Shown: piece by piece, positions 38,404-46,924 of the stretch
How positions within the stretch are numbered: position 1 is the stretch's first letter
How the letters are laid out: each line of letters opens with the position of its first letter
From: Spirochaetia bacterium
Lineage (GTDB): Bacteria; Spirochaetota; Spirochaetia; DSM-27196; DATKUC01
Length of the DNA stretch: 46,924 bases
NCBI GenBank assembly: GCA_035530755.1
Contig: DATKUF010000018.1
Coordinates: forward strand, 1-46,924
Direction of reading: 5' to 3'
The notes under the pieces: generated by a model
Databases searched by the model: none
What the model saw: the letters and a program-made list of their open reading frames with translations, nothing else
What the model was told of the DNA's origin: nothing
Translations under genes and position numbers: made by a program

Positions 38404-39783
38404 TCATCGCACGACCTCAGCGAACGCCGCCTTCACTGCTTCGGCGATGGTTCCGGTTTCCACCCATGCATCCTCACACTGCTCACCCTCACGGAGTGCG
38501 GCAGGACCAACGCAGCGACGGTAGTTCATATCGATCGCCGCGCGAATCCGTCTTCGCAACGCCTGCACCGGGCGAACTTCGCCGGCCAGGCTGAGTTCGC
38601 CTGTTACCGTAACCTCCGCGGGCAGGGGAACGCCGGTTCGCGCCGAATAGAGGGCGAGCGCGAGCGGAAGATCGACCCCAACCTCGCTTATCTTCATTCC
38701 GCCCGCGACATTCACATAGATGTCCTGGTCGGAGAATCGCAGTCCGAGGTGCTTTTCCAGCACAGCGGCGAGCCGGGATACCCGTCCCGAATCGATGCGG
38801 TCGGAAAAGACCCGCGATATACCGCCTTTGGCGGGAACGGTCAAGGCCTGAATTTCAACCAGGAGGATTCTGCTGCCCTCGTATATCGGTGCTGCAACCA
38901 CGCCCGGCGGAACAGTGCCGTTGCGCCGGATCAGGAAGAGCGACGAAGGATCGACGACCTGTGTCAGCCCTCCGCTCTGCATCGTGAAGATCCCCACCTC
39001 ATCGGTTGGACCGAATCGATTCTTGGTTGTCCGAAGAAACCGCACGTCCCCCTCCGATTGATCGAAATAGAGGACCGCATCTACCATATGCTCGAGTATC
39101 TTGGGACCGGCGATGCTGCCCTCTTTGGTGATATGCGCGACGAGAAACAGGGCGGAACCGGTCTCACGCGCCCATTGAGAAAGTTCGAGCGCGCAGTACT
39201 TTATCTGGTTCACGGTGCCGGGGACGTCACCGGCTTCGATCGAATGAAGCGTCTGAATCGAATCGACGATCAGAAGCGATGGTTTCTGCTCATCGAGCAG
39301 TCGCAGAACCGGGTCCAGCTCCGTGGTTGTGGTGATGCTGATCGGCGCCTTCGCGAGGCCAACCCTTTCCGCACGACTTTTCAGCTGTGCCGGCGCCTCC
39401 TCTCCCGCGAGATAGAGTCGCCCGGCCGGAACCCGGGCAAGGCCGGCGGCCTGGATCATCAACGTGGACTTTCCAATTCCCGGCTCGCCTCCGACCAGGA
39501 TCGTTGAGCCCGGGACTATTCCTCCTCCAAGCACGCGGTCGAGTTCCGACATACCGGTCGACCAGCGAATCTGGTCGAGTGTTTCGACCGCTCCCATAGC
39601 GACAACCTGGTGAGCTACCGCCTTTGCTGCGGCGCCGGCCCGTATCGCCTTTCTCTGTCCCCCCACAGGCTCGACAGATTCCGTGAATGTGTTCCACTCG
39701 TTGCAGACCGGGCAGCGTCCGAGCCATTTGGGTTCCTGATGCTCACAGACACTGCAGACAAACCGCGTCCTCGTCTTTCCCAC
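38404..39783 (-). CDS. radA: DNA repair protein RadA/Sms
   Basis: Zinc finger CSVCEHQEPKWLGRCPVCNEWN, Walker A GEPGIGKST, the KNRFG motif and a Lon-like C-terminal domain. GTG start. Confidence 0.92.
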   Translation of the reverse strand: MGKTRTRFVCSVCEHQEPKWLGRCPVCNEWNTFTESVEPVGGQRKAIRAGAAAKAVAHQVVAMGAVETLDQIRWSTGMSELDRVLGGGIVPGSTILVGGEPGIGKSTLMIQAAGLARVPAGRLYLAGEEAPAQLKSRAERVGLAKAPISITTTTELDPVLRLLDEQKPSLLIVDSIQTLHSIEAGDVPGTVNQIKYCALELSQWARETGSALFLVAHITKEGSIAGPKILEHMVDAVLYFDQSEGDVRFLRTTKNRFGPTDEVGIFTMQSGGLTQVVDPSSLFLIRRNGTVPPGVVAAPIYEGSRILLVEIQALTVPAKGGISRVFSDRIDSGRVSRLAAVLEKHLGLRFSDQDIYVNVAGGMKISEVGVDLPLALALYSARTGVPLPAEVTVTGELSLAGEVRPVQALRRRIRAAIDMNYRRCVGPAALREGEQCEDAWVETGTIAEAVKAAFAEVVR

Positions 39784-39809
39784 GAATTGCTCCCACTACA
39801 GTATAGAAA

Positions 39810-39827
39810 CTTTCCGGCCTTTCCGGC
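39810..39827. repeat. Tandem 9-mer CTTTCCGGC x2 in the radA/cyclase divergent spacer
   Basis: Read directly from the sequence as ctttccggcctttccggc. Function unknown. Confidence 0.6.
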
Positions 39828-39883
39828 AGGGACAATCAGGGTATGTCGCCTGAAATGGTCGACCTCGCGCTGCCGGGTCACCG

Positions 39884-42031
39884 TTGACGAACGCAAGCGT
39901 GCGTTCTATTGTGAAAAACGTCATGGACCAGAAGGAATACCGTCTCGCCGCAGTTGTGCACACGGACATTGTCGGGTTCAGCCGGATGATGGAGCGCGAC
40001 CAGATGGCCACGGTTGCGCTCATAAAGCAACACAACGCATCGGTGGCGGCACTCGCCGCCGAGCACGGCGGTAAAGTGATAAAGACCGTCGGCGACACCG
40101 CGCTCGTCGATTTTTCCAGCACCGTGAACGCCGTGCGTTTTGCGACCGCCATTCAGCAGTCGGTCGCCGGTTTTCGGGGTTCTCACCCTGGTTCCGAATT
40201 CTCCCTGCGCGCCGGGGTGCATCTGGGCGACATCTACTTCTTCGAGGATGACGCGGTTGGCGAGGGCATCAATATCGCTGTCCAACTCCAGGAGCTCGCC
40301 AGGCCCGGAACGATCTGCATCTCGCAGGAGGTCTACAACCTCGTTGCCAACAAGGTCGAAAAGCAGATAGTGCCGATAGGCGAAGTAACATTCAAAAACA
40401 TCTCCCGCGCGATCCAGGCATACGAGATTGTCGTGGATGTCGAGGCAGCAGCAGCACCGGCCTCGCGCCCGCAGACGCGTCAGGCCGTGGAACCGGCCCC
40501 GGAAGAGCTCAAACCGCGCATCCTCCAGGAAATCAAACGTCTCGGCAGAAGAATCACCGTCGACGAAGCACGCGCGATCCTCCACGTCAAGTCCGCGGCT
40601 GGAGAAATGGAGCTTCAGTCCCTCGCGCAGAAGGGCATTATCGCCACACGCGGGAGTGCCTCGGTCCGATCTCAGGACGCTCCGCAAGGTCCGGCGAGAG
40701 ACGGCACCGGGGCCGGTTCAGTGCGTCCGGGCAGCTCCGAGGCACAGGGGGGCGGATGGGACCGCTGGGCACGGGATATTGCACGCGAGATCGAGTCGCA
40801 CGTGAAAGATCAAACCGAAAGCCGTGGGGGCCCCGCCGACCATAGAGCCCGTCGCCGCGCGACGATTAATGCAATGCGCGATGCCAGACGGGATGTTCGT
40901 CACCAGGCACGCCATGGCAGCTGGTCCGACTGGGACGAAGGGATCCAGGAGGAGGGGAGTGACACTCTGGTAGAGGACTACCGCAACCACGCGGTGGCCG
41001 GCGCCGAACGGGCCCGGGCGGGATTTCGCGGGCATGCAGGTGCGTACATCGCCGTGAACGGTATCCTCGCAGTCATCTGGTTCACGACCGGGGCGGGGTT
41101 TCCGTGGTTTCTTATCCCCGCGGGAGCGTGGGCCATAGGCCTGATAACGCACCTGGCAAACGTTCGAACGAGGAGTCGGGAAGCCGACGAGATTCAGTCG
41201 ATCGAAAACCTGAACCCGGAGCACCTGCGAATCATTCGGAAATTGAACCGAGTCCGCTCCTCGTGGGTATCACATCTGGTCTCCAACCTCACGGTGAGCG
41301 GGTTTCTCGTCATGCTCAACATGATCACCTCCCCGGGCTTTCCCTGGTTCGTCTTCCCCGTGGGTGCAATGGCGATAGGCCTCTTCTCCCACTTTCCGGT
41401 GTACGCGGGCAAGCTGCGGGATTTGCGCAGGAAACTTGCCGCTGCCGGCGCGCAAATCGGAAAGAGGTTCCGAGATCGATCTCCCGTACCCGCTCCGGGT
41501 ACTCAGGGCACAGGCGATCCGTCTCCGGCCGCCCAGGCAGAGGCAGTGCGCATTGCCATCACCAGCCAGCTTTCCACCTTTGGCAAAGGCGAATCGCCTC
41601 TCGGTGAGGACTTTTTGCCACTCCTTGAGAACTACGTGAACCAGATCAAGGAACTCGATGAAAAAGACCGTGAGCTCGAACAGATCATCAATTCCATCCC
41701 GATGGGCGAACTGGAGAAGGATCTCGTTCGCCTCACAGAGCGGAAGAAAGAGGCGTCGGACCAACGGGTACTCGAAGAGTACGGACGCTCCATCGAGCAG
41801 ATCCATCGTCAACAGCATTCATTCCGTGAGTTGCGGAACGAGAAGGAGATGCTGCACCTGCGAACCAACTCGGCCCTGAATTCGCTCAAACAGATGCAGA
41901 TCGACCTTGCCCGAATGAAGAGTATTTCGTCAGGCAGCGATGCAGGTTCCCTCTCGCTTCTGAAGGAGAAGTCCGGGGAACTTTCCCAGTACCTGGAAGA
42001 CCTGCGCGAAGGTTACCGGCAACTCGAATAG
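39884..42031 (+). CDS. Class III adenylate/guanylate cyclase-like domain protein with two 2TM hairpins and a C-terminal coiled coil
   Basis: Cyclase domain: AAVVHTDIVGFS, KVIKTVGDTALVDF, GEGINIAVQLQ. Two 2TM-type hairpins: GILAVIWFTTGAGFPWFLIPAGAWAIGLITHL and GFLVMLNMITSPGFPWFVFPVGAMAIGLFSHF. About 170 aa of heptad-rich C-terminus. The start is uncertain: TTG 39884 or ATG 39923. Confidence 0.75.
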   Translation: MTNASVRSIVKNVMDQKEYRLAAVVHTDIVGFSRMMERDQMATVALIKQHNASVAALAAEHGGKVIKTVGDTALVDFSSTVNAVRFATAIQQSVAGFRGSHPGSEFSLRAGVHLGDIYFFEDDAVGEGINIAVQLQELARPGTICISQEVYNLVANKVEKQIVPIGEVTFKNISRAIQAYEIVVDVEAAAAPASRPQTRQAVEPAPEELKPRILQEIKRLGRRITVDEARAILHVKSAAGEMELQSLAQKGIIATRGSASVRSQDAPQGPARDGTGAGSVRPGSSEAQGGGWDRWARDIAREIESHVKDQTESRGGPADHRARRRATINAMRDARRDVRHQARHGSWSDWDEGIQEEGSDTLVEDYRNHAVAGAERARAGFRGHAGAYIAVNGILAVIWFTTGAGFPWFLIPAGAWAIGLITHLANVRTRSREADEIQSIENLNPEHLRIIRKLNRVRSSWVSHLVSNLTVSGFLVMLNMITSPGFPWFVFPVGAMAIGLFSHFPVYAGKLRDLRRKLAAAGAQIGKRFRDRSPVPAPGTQGTGDPSPAAQAEAVRIAITSQLSTFGKGESPLGEDFLPLLENYVNQIKELDEKDRELEQIINSIPMGELEKDLVRLTERKKEASDQRVLEEYGRSIEQIHRQQHSFRELRNEKEMLHLRTNSALNSLKQMQIDLARMKSISSGSDAGSLSLLKEKSGELSQYLEDLREGYRQLE

Positions 42032-42050
42032 CTCGAGGTATCGCCGGGAA

Positions 42051-43121
42051 TCATCTCGATTTCACAGACACCAGGGTAAGATCCAATACAACAACCGAGT
42101 TCGGCGGAATCACTCCCGGTATACCGGCGGTGCCGAACGCCATCTGCGGCGGAAGAATCACCAGCCGTTTCTCCCCCGGCCGCATGTCCTGGGCCATCTT
42201 GTCCCACCCGGGAAGCTTCATGGCGCCCGAATTGACCGGGAACACCACCGGACCGTGTTTCGTGGAATTGTCGAACTCAGTACCGTCGATGAGGCGCGCG
42301 GAGTAGTCCATAGTGACAACCTCTCCGGTTGTCGGCTTTGGCCCTGCCCCCTGCTTCTCGACGATGTACCTGATGTCGTCGGTCCCGACTTCGGCATTTG
42401 GCCACTTCTGATCGATTTCGGCGAGATTCTGCTCGCGGGCCTTCTGTGACGCCTGTTGACGCGCTGTGAGGACTCTGGCTTTTGCGGCGACGAATGCGGC
42501 CTGGTCATCGCGGAATTGCTGCGCCTCGGACCCAACCCGGACTATCGTTACTTTGTTTATGGCATCGCCTTTGACAATACTGTTCACCACCTCCATTCCA
42601 CTCACGACGCGACCGAAGACGGTATAGTGGCCATCGAGAAAGGGCGCGGGAGCCAGGGTGATGAAAAACTGGCTGCCGTTGGTGTCCGGGCCGCTGTTCG
42701 CCATCGAAAGAACGCCGGCGCTGTCGTGGTTGAGTCCCGGTACAATCTCGTCCGGCCATGTATAGCCGGGGCCGCCGGATCCCGCCCGTGCCGGATCGGT
42801 GCCGTAGGGATCGCCTCCCTGAATCACAAAAGGATTCGGCTCTCTCACTACGCGGTGAAAGACGAGCCCGTCGTAGAAATGAGTCCCCGTACCGCGAGTA
42901 GTTCCAAGTTTACCCTCCGCCAGACCGGCAAAGTTGATTACGGCAAGCGGTGCTCTCTTGAAATCGAGTTGCAGAACGATTGTTCCGCGTGAAGTATCCA
43001 TTCGGGCGTAGAGTCCAGCCGCGAGATTTTCCTGTGCGGAAACCGAAGTAAATCCCACAGCAAATATTGCTGCCGCATACAAAAAAACCAACCGTTGCCG
43101 GTACCGAGTCTGCAGTTTCAC
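42051..43121 (-). CDS. Secreted dual-family peptidyl-prolyl isomerase (N-terminal cyclophilin + C-terminal FKBP)
   Basis: Signal peptide. Cyclophilin motifs FHRVV, FVIQGGDP, LSMANSGPDTNGSQFFIT and VFGRVVSGMEVV. FKBP motifs YSARLIDGTEFDNS and IPPNSVVVLDLTLVSV. GTG start with a GGAGG SD. Confidence 0.88.
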   Translation of the reverse strand: MKLQTRYRQRLVFLYAAAIFAVGFTSVSAQENLAAGLYARMDTSRGTIVLQLDFKRAPLAVINFAGLAEGKLGTTRGTGTHFYDGLVFHRVVREPNPFVIQGGDPYGTDPARAGSGGPGYTWPDEIVPGLNHDSAGVLSMANSGPDTNGSQFFITLAPAPFLDGHYTVFGRVVSGMEVVNSIVKGDAINKVTIVRVGSEAQQFRDDQAAFVAAKARVLTARQQASQKAREQNLAEIDQKWPNAEVGTDDIRYIVEKQGAGPKPTTGEVVTMDYSARLIDGTEFDNSTKHGPVVFPVNSGAMKLPGWDKMAQDMRPGEKRLVILPPQMAFGTAGIPGVIPPNSVVVLDLTLVSVKSR

Positions 43122-43271
43122 GCGTTGCCTCCGGAAGAAAGTTGTCGTTGCACTCTACCAGAGATGGAACGGACCGTGAAGCACAACGATTCAGTTTGTG
43201 CGAACGCGGCCCCGGCGTCGCCGTCCCGGGGTGGCGAATGGATCGTCTGTTGTGTTGCCTCCTGCGCCGAT

Positions 43272-43287
43272 TTCGTGATATCACGAA
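43272..43287. promoter_or_regulatory. Perfect 16-bp palindrome (candidate operator or RNA hairpin) abutting the ABC exporter ribosome-binding site
   Basis: TTCGTGAT|ATCACGAA lies 13 nt upstream of the ATG at 43300. Its 3' arm overlaps the SD GAAGGGAG. Confidence 0.5.
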
Positions 43288-43299
43288 GGGAGTGCATCC

Positions 43300-45051
43300 A
43301 TGAGGCCTCATCCGGGTTTTCCCGTTCTTATCCGCATCTACACCTATCTACGACCCTACCGTGTCAGTGTCATCGTCGGCATCGCTTTCATGCTCGGTAT
43401 CGACCTCATCTCCATTCTGATTCCACAGGCAGTCCGCATCACCATCGACCGGGGCATGCGGCCGGGAAACCTGGCGCTCCTCGCGGCCGGAGCGGGCGCC
43501 GTGCTTGCGCTCGCACTGGTGAAGAGCATTTTTACCTTTTTCCAGGGCCGCATCGTCGAGACATACTCGCAGGGTGTTGCCTACGACCTCCGGCGGGAAA
43601 TTCACAGCAGGCTTACGGGCCTCTCGTTTTCGTTTCACGATACCGCCGAGAACGGTCAGCTTCTCTCACGCACGATCCAGGACGTTGAACGGATCCGATT
43701 TCTCACCGGACGCGCAAGTCAACGGATGGTGGAAGGCGCGATTCTTCTCGCCGCCAGCGCGACTGTGATGATTTCGATGAGCCCGCTTCTCGCGTTTCTC
43801 AGCCTCCTTCTCATGCCGATTCTCGTGTGGCGCGCGATCCGGTACGGGAACTTGATTCGTCCGTTGTCCTACGACATTCAGCAACAGCTCGCCGTGCTTA
43901 CCACCCGCGTTGAACAGAACCTCCGCGGCGCGAGAATCGTGAAGGCATTTGCACAGGAGAGAGCCGAGGTGGAACGCTTCAGAGCGGAGAACGACCGATG
44001 GTTCGAGCTCTCGCGCCTTTCGTCACGGATACAGGCCGTGAATGGCCCGCTCTTGAACGTGATCGCCAACCTTTCCACCGTAATCGTGGTCGGCTACGGC
44101 GGATATCTCATCGTGAACGGAACTATCACGATAGGGCTTCTCGTGGCGTTTCTGACCTATCTCGGACAGCTGTCGCAGCCGGTGAGGATGATGGGACAGA
44201 TAGCGCCCGTCGTGGGAATCGCCGCCTCGTCGGGCGACCGGATCTTCGAGATCCTGGACACAGAGTCCGAGGTCCGTGAACCCGAACAGGTGCGTGAACT
44301 GCCTCGGATCATCGGTCGGGTCTGCTTCAATAATGTTCATTTCGCGTACCGCGGGCGGGAAGAGACACTTCAAAATGTTACCTTTGCGGTCGAGCCGGGA
44401 ATGACGGTAGCACTTCTGGGCGAAACAGGGTCCGGCAAGACAACGATCATGAACCTGATTCCGCGATTCTACGACGTGACATCCGGAAGTATCACAATTG
44501 ACGGCATCGATATCCGGGGAGTCCCACTTGCTTCGCTCCGCGATCAGGTTGGGATAGTGATGCAGGAGGCAGTCCTGTTTGGCACGACGATCGGGGAAAA
44601 TATCCGCCTCGGAAGGCCCGACGCCTCCTCCGAGGAGGTCATCGCCGCGGCCACCGCAGCTCAGGCACATGAGTTCATAGTCGAAGCGGGGAAGGGTTAT
44701 GATACGCCGGTGGGCGAAATGGGCGCGACGCTTTCCGGCGGTCAGAAGCAGCGCATCGCCATTGCCCGCGCGCTGCTGAAGGATCCTCGGATTCTGCTGC
44801 TCGACGATGCCACCTCCAGCGTCGACACGCAGACTGAGCGAAAGATCCAGAAAGCCCTTGCGCTTCTCCTGAAGGGTCGCACATCGTTCATCATCGCCCA
44901 TCGGCTCAGCACGGTGCGGCTCGCCGACCGCATCATACTCATGGAAGGCGGCCGCATCCTTGCGATGGGAAACCACGAATCCCTTCTCGAGTCCTCCGAC
45001 CTCTACGCGCGCATCTGCCGCGAACAACTTTACGATGAGGTGATGCCGTGA
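43300..45051 (+). CDS. ABC exporter half-transporter (TMD-NBD), degenerate-site subunit
   Basis: Six-TM type I exporter fold. Walker A GETGSGKTT and signature LSGGQKQR. Walker B is ILLLDDATSSVD, with Asp where the catalytic Glu is expected. Confidence 0.88.
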   Translation: MRPHPGFPVLIRIYTYLRPYRVSVIVGIAFMLGIDLISILIPQAVRITIDRGMRPGNLALLAAGAGAVLALALVKSIFTFFQGRIVETYSQGVAYDLRREIHSRLTGLSFSFHDTAENGQLLSRTIQDVERIRFLTGRASQRMVEGAILLAASATVMISMSPLLAFLSLLLMPILVWRAIRYGNLIRPLSYDIQQQLAVLTTRVEQNLRGARIVKAFAQERAEVERFRAENDRWFELSRLSSRIQAVNGPLLNVIANLSTVIVVGYGGYLIVNGTITIGLLVAFLTYLGQLSQPVRMMGQIAPVVGIAASSGDRIFEILDTESEVREPEQVRELPRIIGRVCFNNVHFAYRGREETLQNVTFAVEPGMTVALLGETGSGKTTIMNLIPRFYDVTSGSITIDGIDIRGVPLASLRDQVGIVMQEAVLFGTTIGENIRLGRPDASSEEVIAAATAAQAHEFIVEAGKGYDTPVGEMGATLSGGQKQRIAIARALLKDPRILLLDDATSSVDTQTERKIQKALALLLKGRTSFIIAHRLSTVRLADRIILMEGGRILAMGNHESLLESSDLYARICREQLYDEVMP

Positions 45052-46874
45052 TCGGTTCCACAGGGTCGATGGGTCCGAGGCGAGCGTTGGACGGGTTTGC
45101 CGGAGACGAGGACGGCAGGGCATTCGATCCGAAGACCGTACGCAGACTTCTCCCGTTCCTGCGTCCCTTCCGCGGCCGCATGTTGGCTGCGGTCGCCATG
45201 ACCGTCGGTACCACCGGCTTCAGCCTGCTTGCGCCCTATCTGCTCAAGATAGCCATTGACCGCGATATCGGCGGCGGAAATCTTCCGGGACTTGCGCAGA
45301 CGTGCATGCTTCTGATCGCCGCCTACGGCGGGCTATTCCTTTGCGACATGGGCTCGCGATACCAGCTCTCCTGGGTCGGGCAGCGCGTACTCGCGTCGCT
45401 GCGTGATCGGCTCTTCGTGCACCTTCAGATGCTTCACCTTGGCTACCACGATCGCCACACCGTGGGCGTGACCGTTTCTCGCGTTATCAACGATGTTGGC
45501 GTGATTAATGACCTTATGTCGCAGGGGCTGGTTACCCTAGTGGGCGACAGTCTCCTTCTCGCCGGAACGATAGTCATTATGCTTTCGCTGGACGCATCGC
45601 TGGCGCTTCTCTGTTTCACCGTGATCCCGATAATGCTGCTTGCAACACGGCTGTTCGCGCTGCGGGCAAAATCTGCCTTTCGCAAAACACGAAAGTCGGT
45701 CGCTTCTGTCGTGGGTGACCTGGCCGAAGACATATCGGGCATGCGAGTGATCCAGGCTTTTGCCAGGGAGCCGCAATCCAGGGAACGATTCGACCGTCTG
45801 AATCAGGACAACCGGAACGCGAATATCCGTGCCGTATCGTTGTCCTTCACGTTCCTTCCAAGTGTCGATTTTCTCGGTGTGGTCGCCACGGCTATCGTCC
45901 TGCTTGCGGGGGGGATTCACGTCGCGCACCACGCGGTTACTCTCGGAATAGTGGTCGCATTTCTATCATACGTCGGACAGTTCTTCCAGCCGATTCGTGA
46001 GCTCAGCCAGATCTACAATACCGCTCAATCGGCAATGGCGGGCGGCGAACAGATCCTTGCTCTTCTGGATACCGAACCTCAGTTGAAGGACCCGGAGGAT
46101 GGGCGAACAATCGGGCCGGTTCGCGGGGAGATCGAGTTTGTGCATGTCGGCTTCTCCTATCAGAAGACCGTTGAGATTCTGCACGACGTGTCGATCCGGT
46201 TCCCGGCCGGAAGCACCACGGCGCTTGTGGGACCGACCGGTGCCGGAAAGAGTTCGATCGCCAATCTGATTGCGCGGTTCTATGACCCGGATACGGGTGC
46301 GGTGCTCGTCGACGGGATAGACATCCGCACCATAACCGCGGAATCATATCGAAGTCAGATCGCCGTCGTTCCACAGGACCCGTTCCTTTTCGCGGGGACC
46401 GTGCTCGACAATCTCCGTTTCGGTCTTCCAACCGCACCCGTGAAGGAGGTGGAAGAGGCCTGCCGAAAGATCAATGCAGATTCATTCATCCGGAGACTGC
46501 CGGCCGGGTATCAAACCCTTGTCCAGGAGGGATCGGCCAACCTGAGCATCGGGCAGCGCCAGCTCATCTGTATCGCCCGAGCGATCATCGGAAATCCGAG
46601 AATTATCATCTTTGACGAGGCGACAGCGAACATCGATACGACGACCGAAATGATCATTCAACACGCGCTCGAAGTGCTTCTCGCGGGACGGACGGCGCTG
46701 GTGATTGCGCACCGGCTCTCGACGGTCCGCACGGCCGACAGGATCCTCGTCGTGAATTCCGGCACGATCGTGCAGGAGGGAACCCACGGAGAGCTTCTCG
46801 CACGCGACGGACTGTACCGAAATCTCTATTACACCCAGTTTCTGAATCCAACTCAACCTCCTCCAAAATCATGA
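45048..46874 (+). CDS. ABC exporter half-transporter (TMD-NBD), consensus-site subunit
   Basis: The start overlaps the upstream stop (GTGA). Walker A GPTGAGKSS and Walker B IIIFDEATANID (catalytic Glu present). The signature is non-canonical, LSIGQRQ. Confidence 0.88.
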   Translation: MIGSTGSMGPRRALDGFAGDEDGRAFDPKTVRRLLPFLRPFRGRMLAAVAMTVGTTGFSLLAPYLLKIAIDRDIGGGNLPGLAQTCMLLIAAYGGLFLCDMGSRYQLSWVGQRVLASLRDRLFVHLQMLHLGYHDRHTVGVTVSRVINDVGVINDLMSQGLVTLVGDSLLLAGTIVIMLSLDASLALLCFTVIPIMLLATRLFALRAKSAFRKTRKSVASVVGDLAEDISGMRVIQAFAREPQSRERFDRLNQDNRNANIRAVSLSFTFLPSVDFLGVVATAIVLLAGGIHVAHHAVTLGIVVAFLSYVGQFFQPIRELSQIYNTAQSAMAGGEQILALLDTEPQLKDPEDGRTIGPVRGEIEFVHVGFSYQKTVEILHDVSIRFPAGSTTALVGPTGAGKSSIANLIARFYDPDTGAVLVDGIDIRTITAESYRSQIAVVPQDPFLFAGTVLDNLRFGLPTAPVKEVEEACRKINADSFIRRLPAGYQTLVQEGSANLSIGQRQLICIARAIIGNPRIIIFDEATANIDTTTEMIIQHALEVLLAGRTALVIAHRLSTVRTADRILVVNSGTIVQEGTHGELLARDGLYRNLYYTQFLNPTQPPPKS

Positions 46875-46924
46875 AACTTCCCCCTGCCGCCCGCCTGCAC
46901 CGGCATCCCGTGGAATGGTATTCT

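Overview
This is a 46.9-kb, GC-rich (roughly 58-60% by eye), gene-dense chromosomal segment. It holds about 40 protein-coding genes on both strands. Spacers are short and many start/stop codons overlap, which suggests operons.

Most content is housekeeping or central metabolism: rsmE, murA, aspartate kinase-thrC, pyrC, hisA-hisE, leuB, tkt-xylB, radA, corA, an MFS pump and a heterodimeric ABC exporter pair. Four features hint at a spirochete-like source, but this is inference only: a cyclophilin-FKBP fusion, many lipoprotein/TPR proteins, a DUF4954 protein and a MurA carrying Asp at the fosfomycin-target position.

I recognised no rRNA, tRNA, CRISPR array, transposase/integrase, prophage or known defence genes.

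The best candidate for an undescribed system is a PspA/IM30-centred module at 5.4-8.1 kb. It encodes a STAS domain fused to a zinc ribbon, a YbjN-like small protein, PspA with a long Ser/Gly tail, and a translationally coupled pseudo-receiver winged-helix regulator. A sigma-54 activator lacking a DNA-binding domain lies upstream. An AT-rich spacer with two perfect DnaA-box 9-mers inside a 13-nt repeat lies downstream.

Other points worth a second look:
- a class III cyclase-like protein with a catalytic Arg-to-Gln change, two 2TM hairpins and a coiled coil
- a DUF4954 / degenerate nucleotidyltransferase-HD gene pair
- a 375-bp leader with a 70-codon ORF upstream of corA
- three tandem 15-bp repeats with palindromic cores between convergent genes
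- a perfect 16-bp palindrome over the ribosome-binding site of the ABC exporter operon

All functional calls come from motif recognition by eye. No database search was run.
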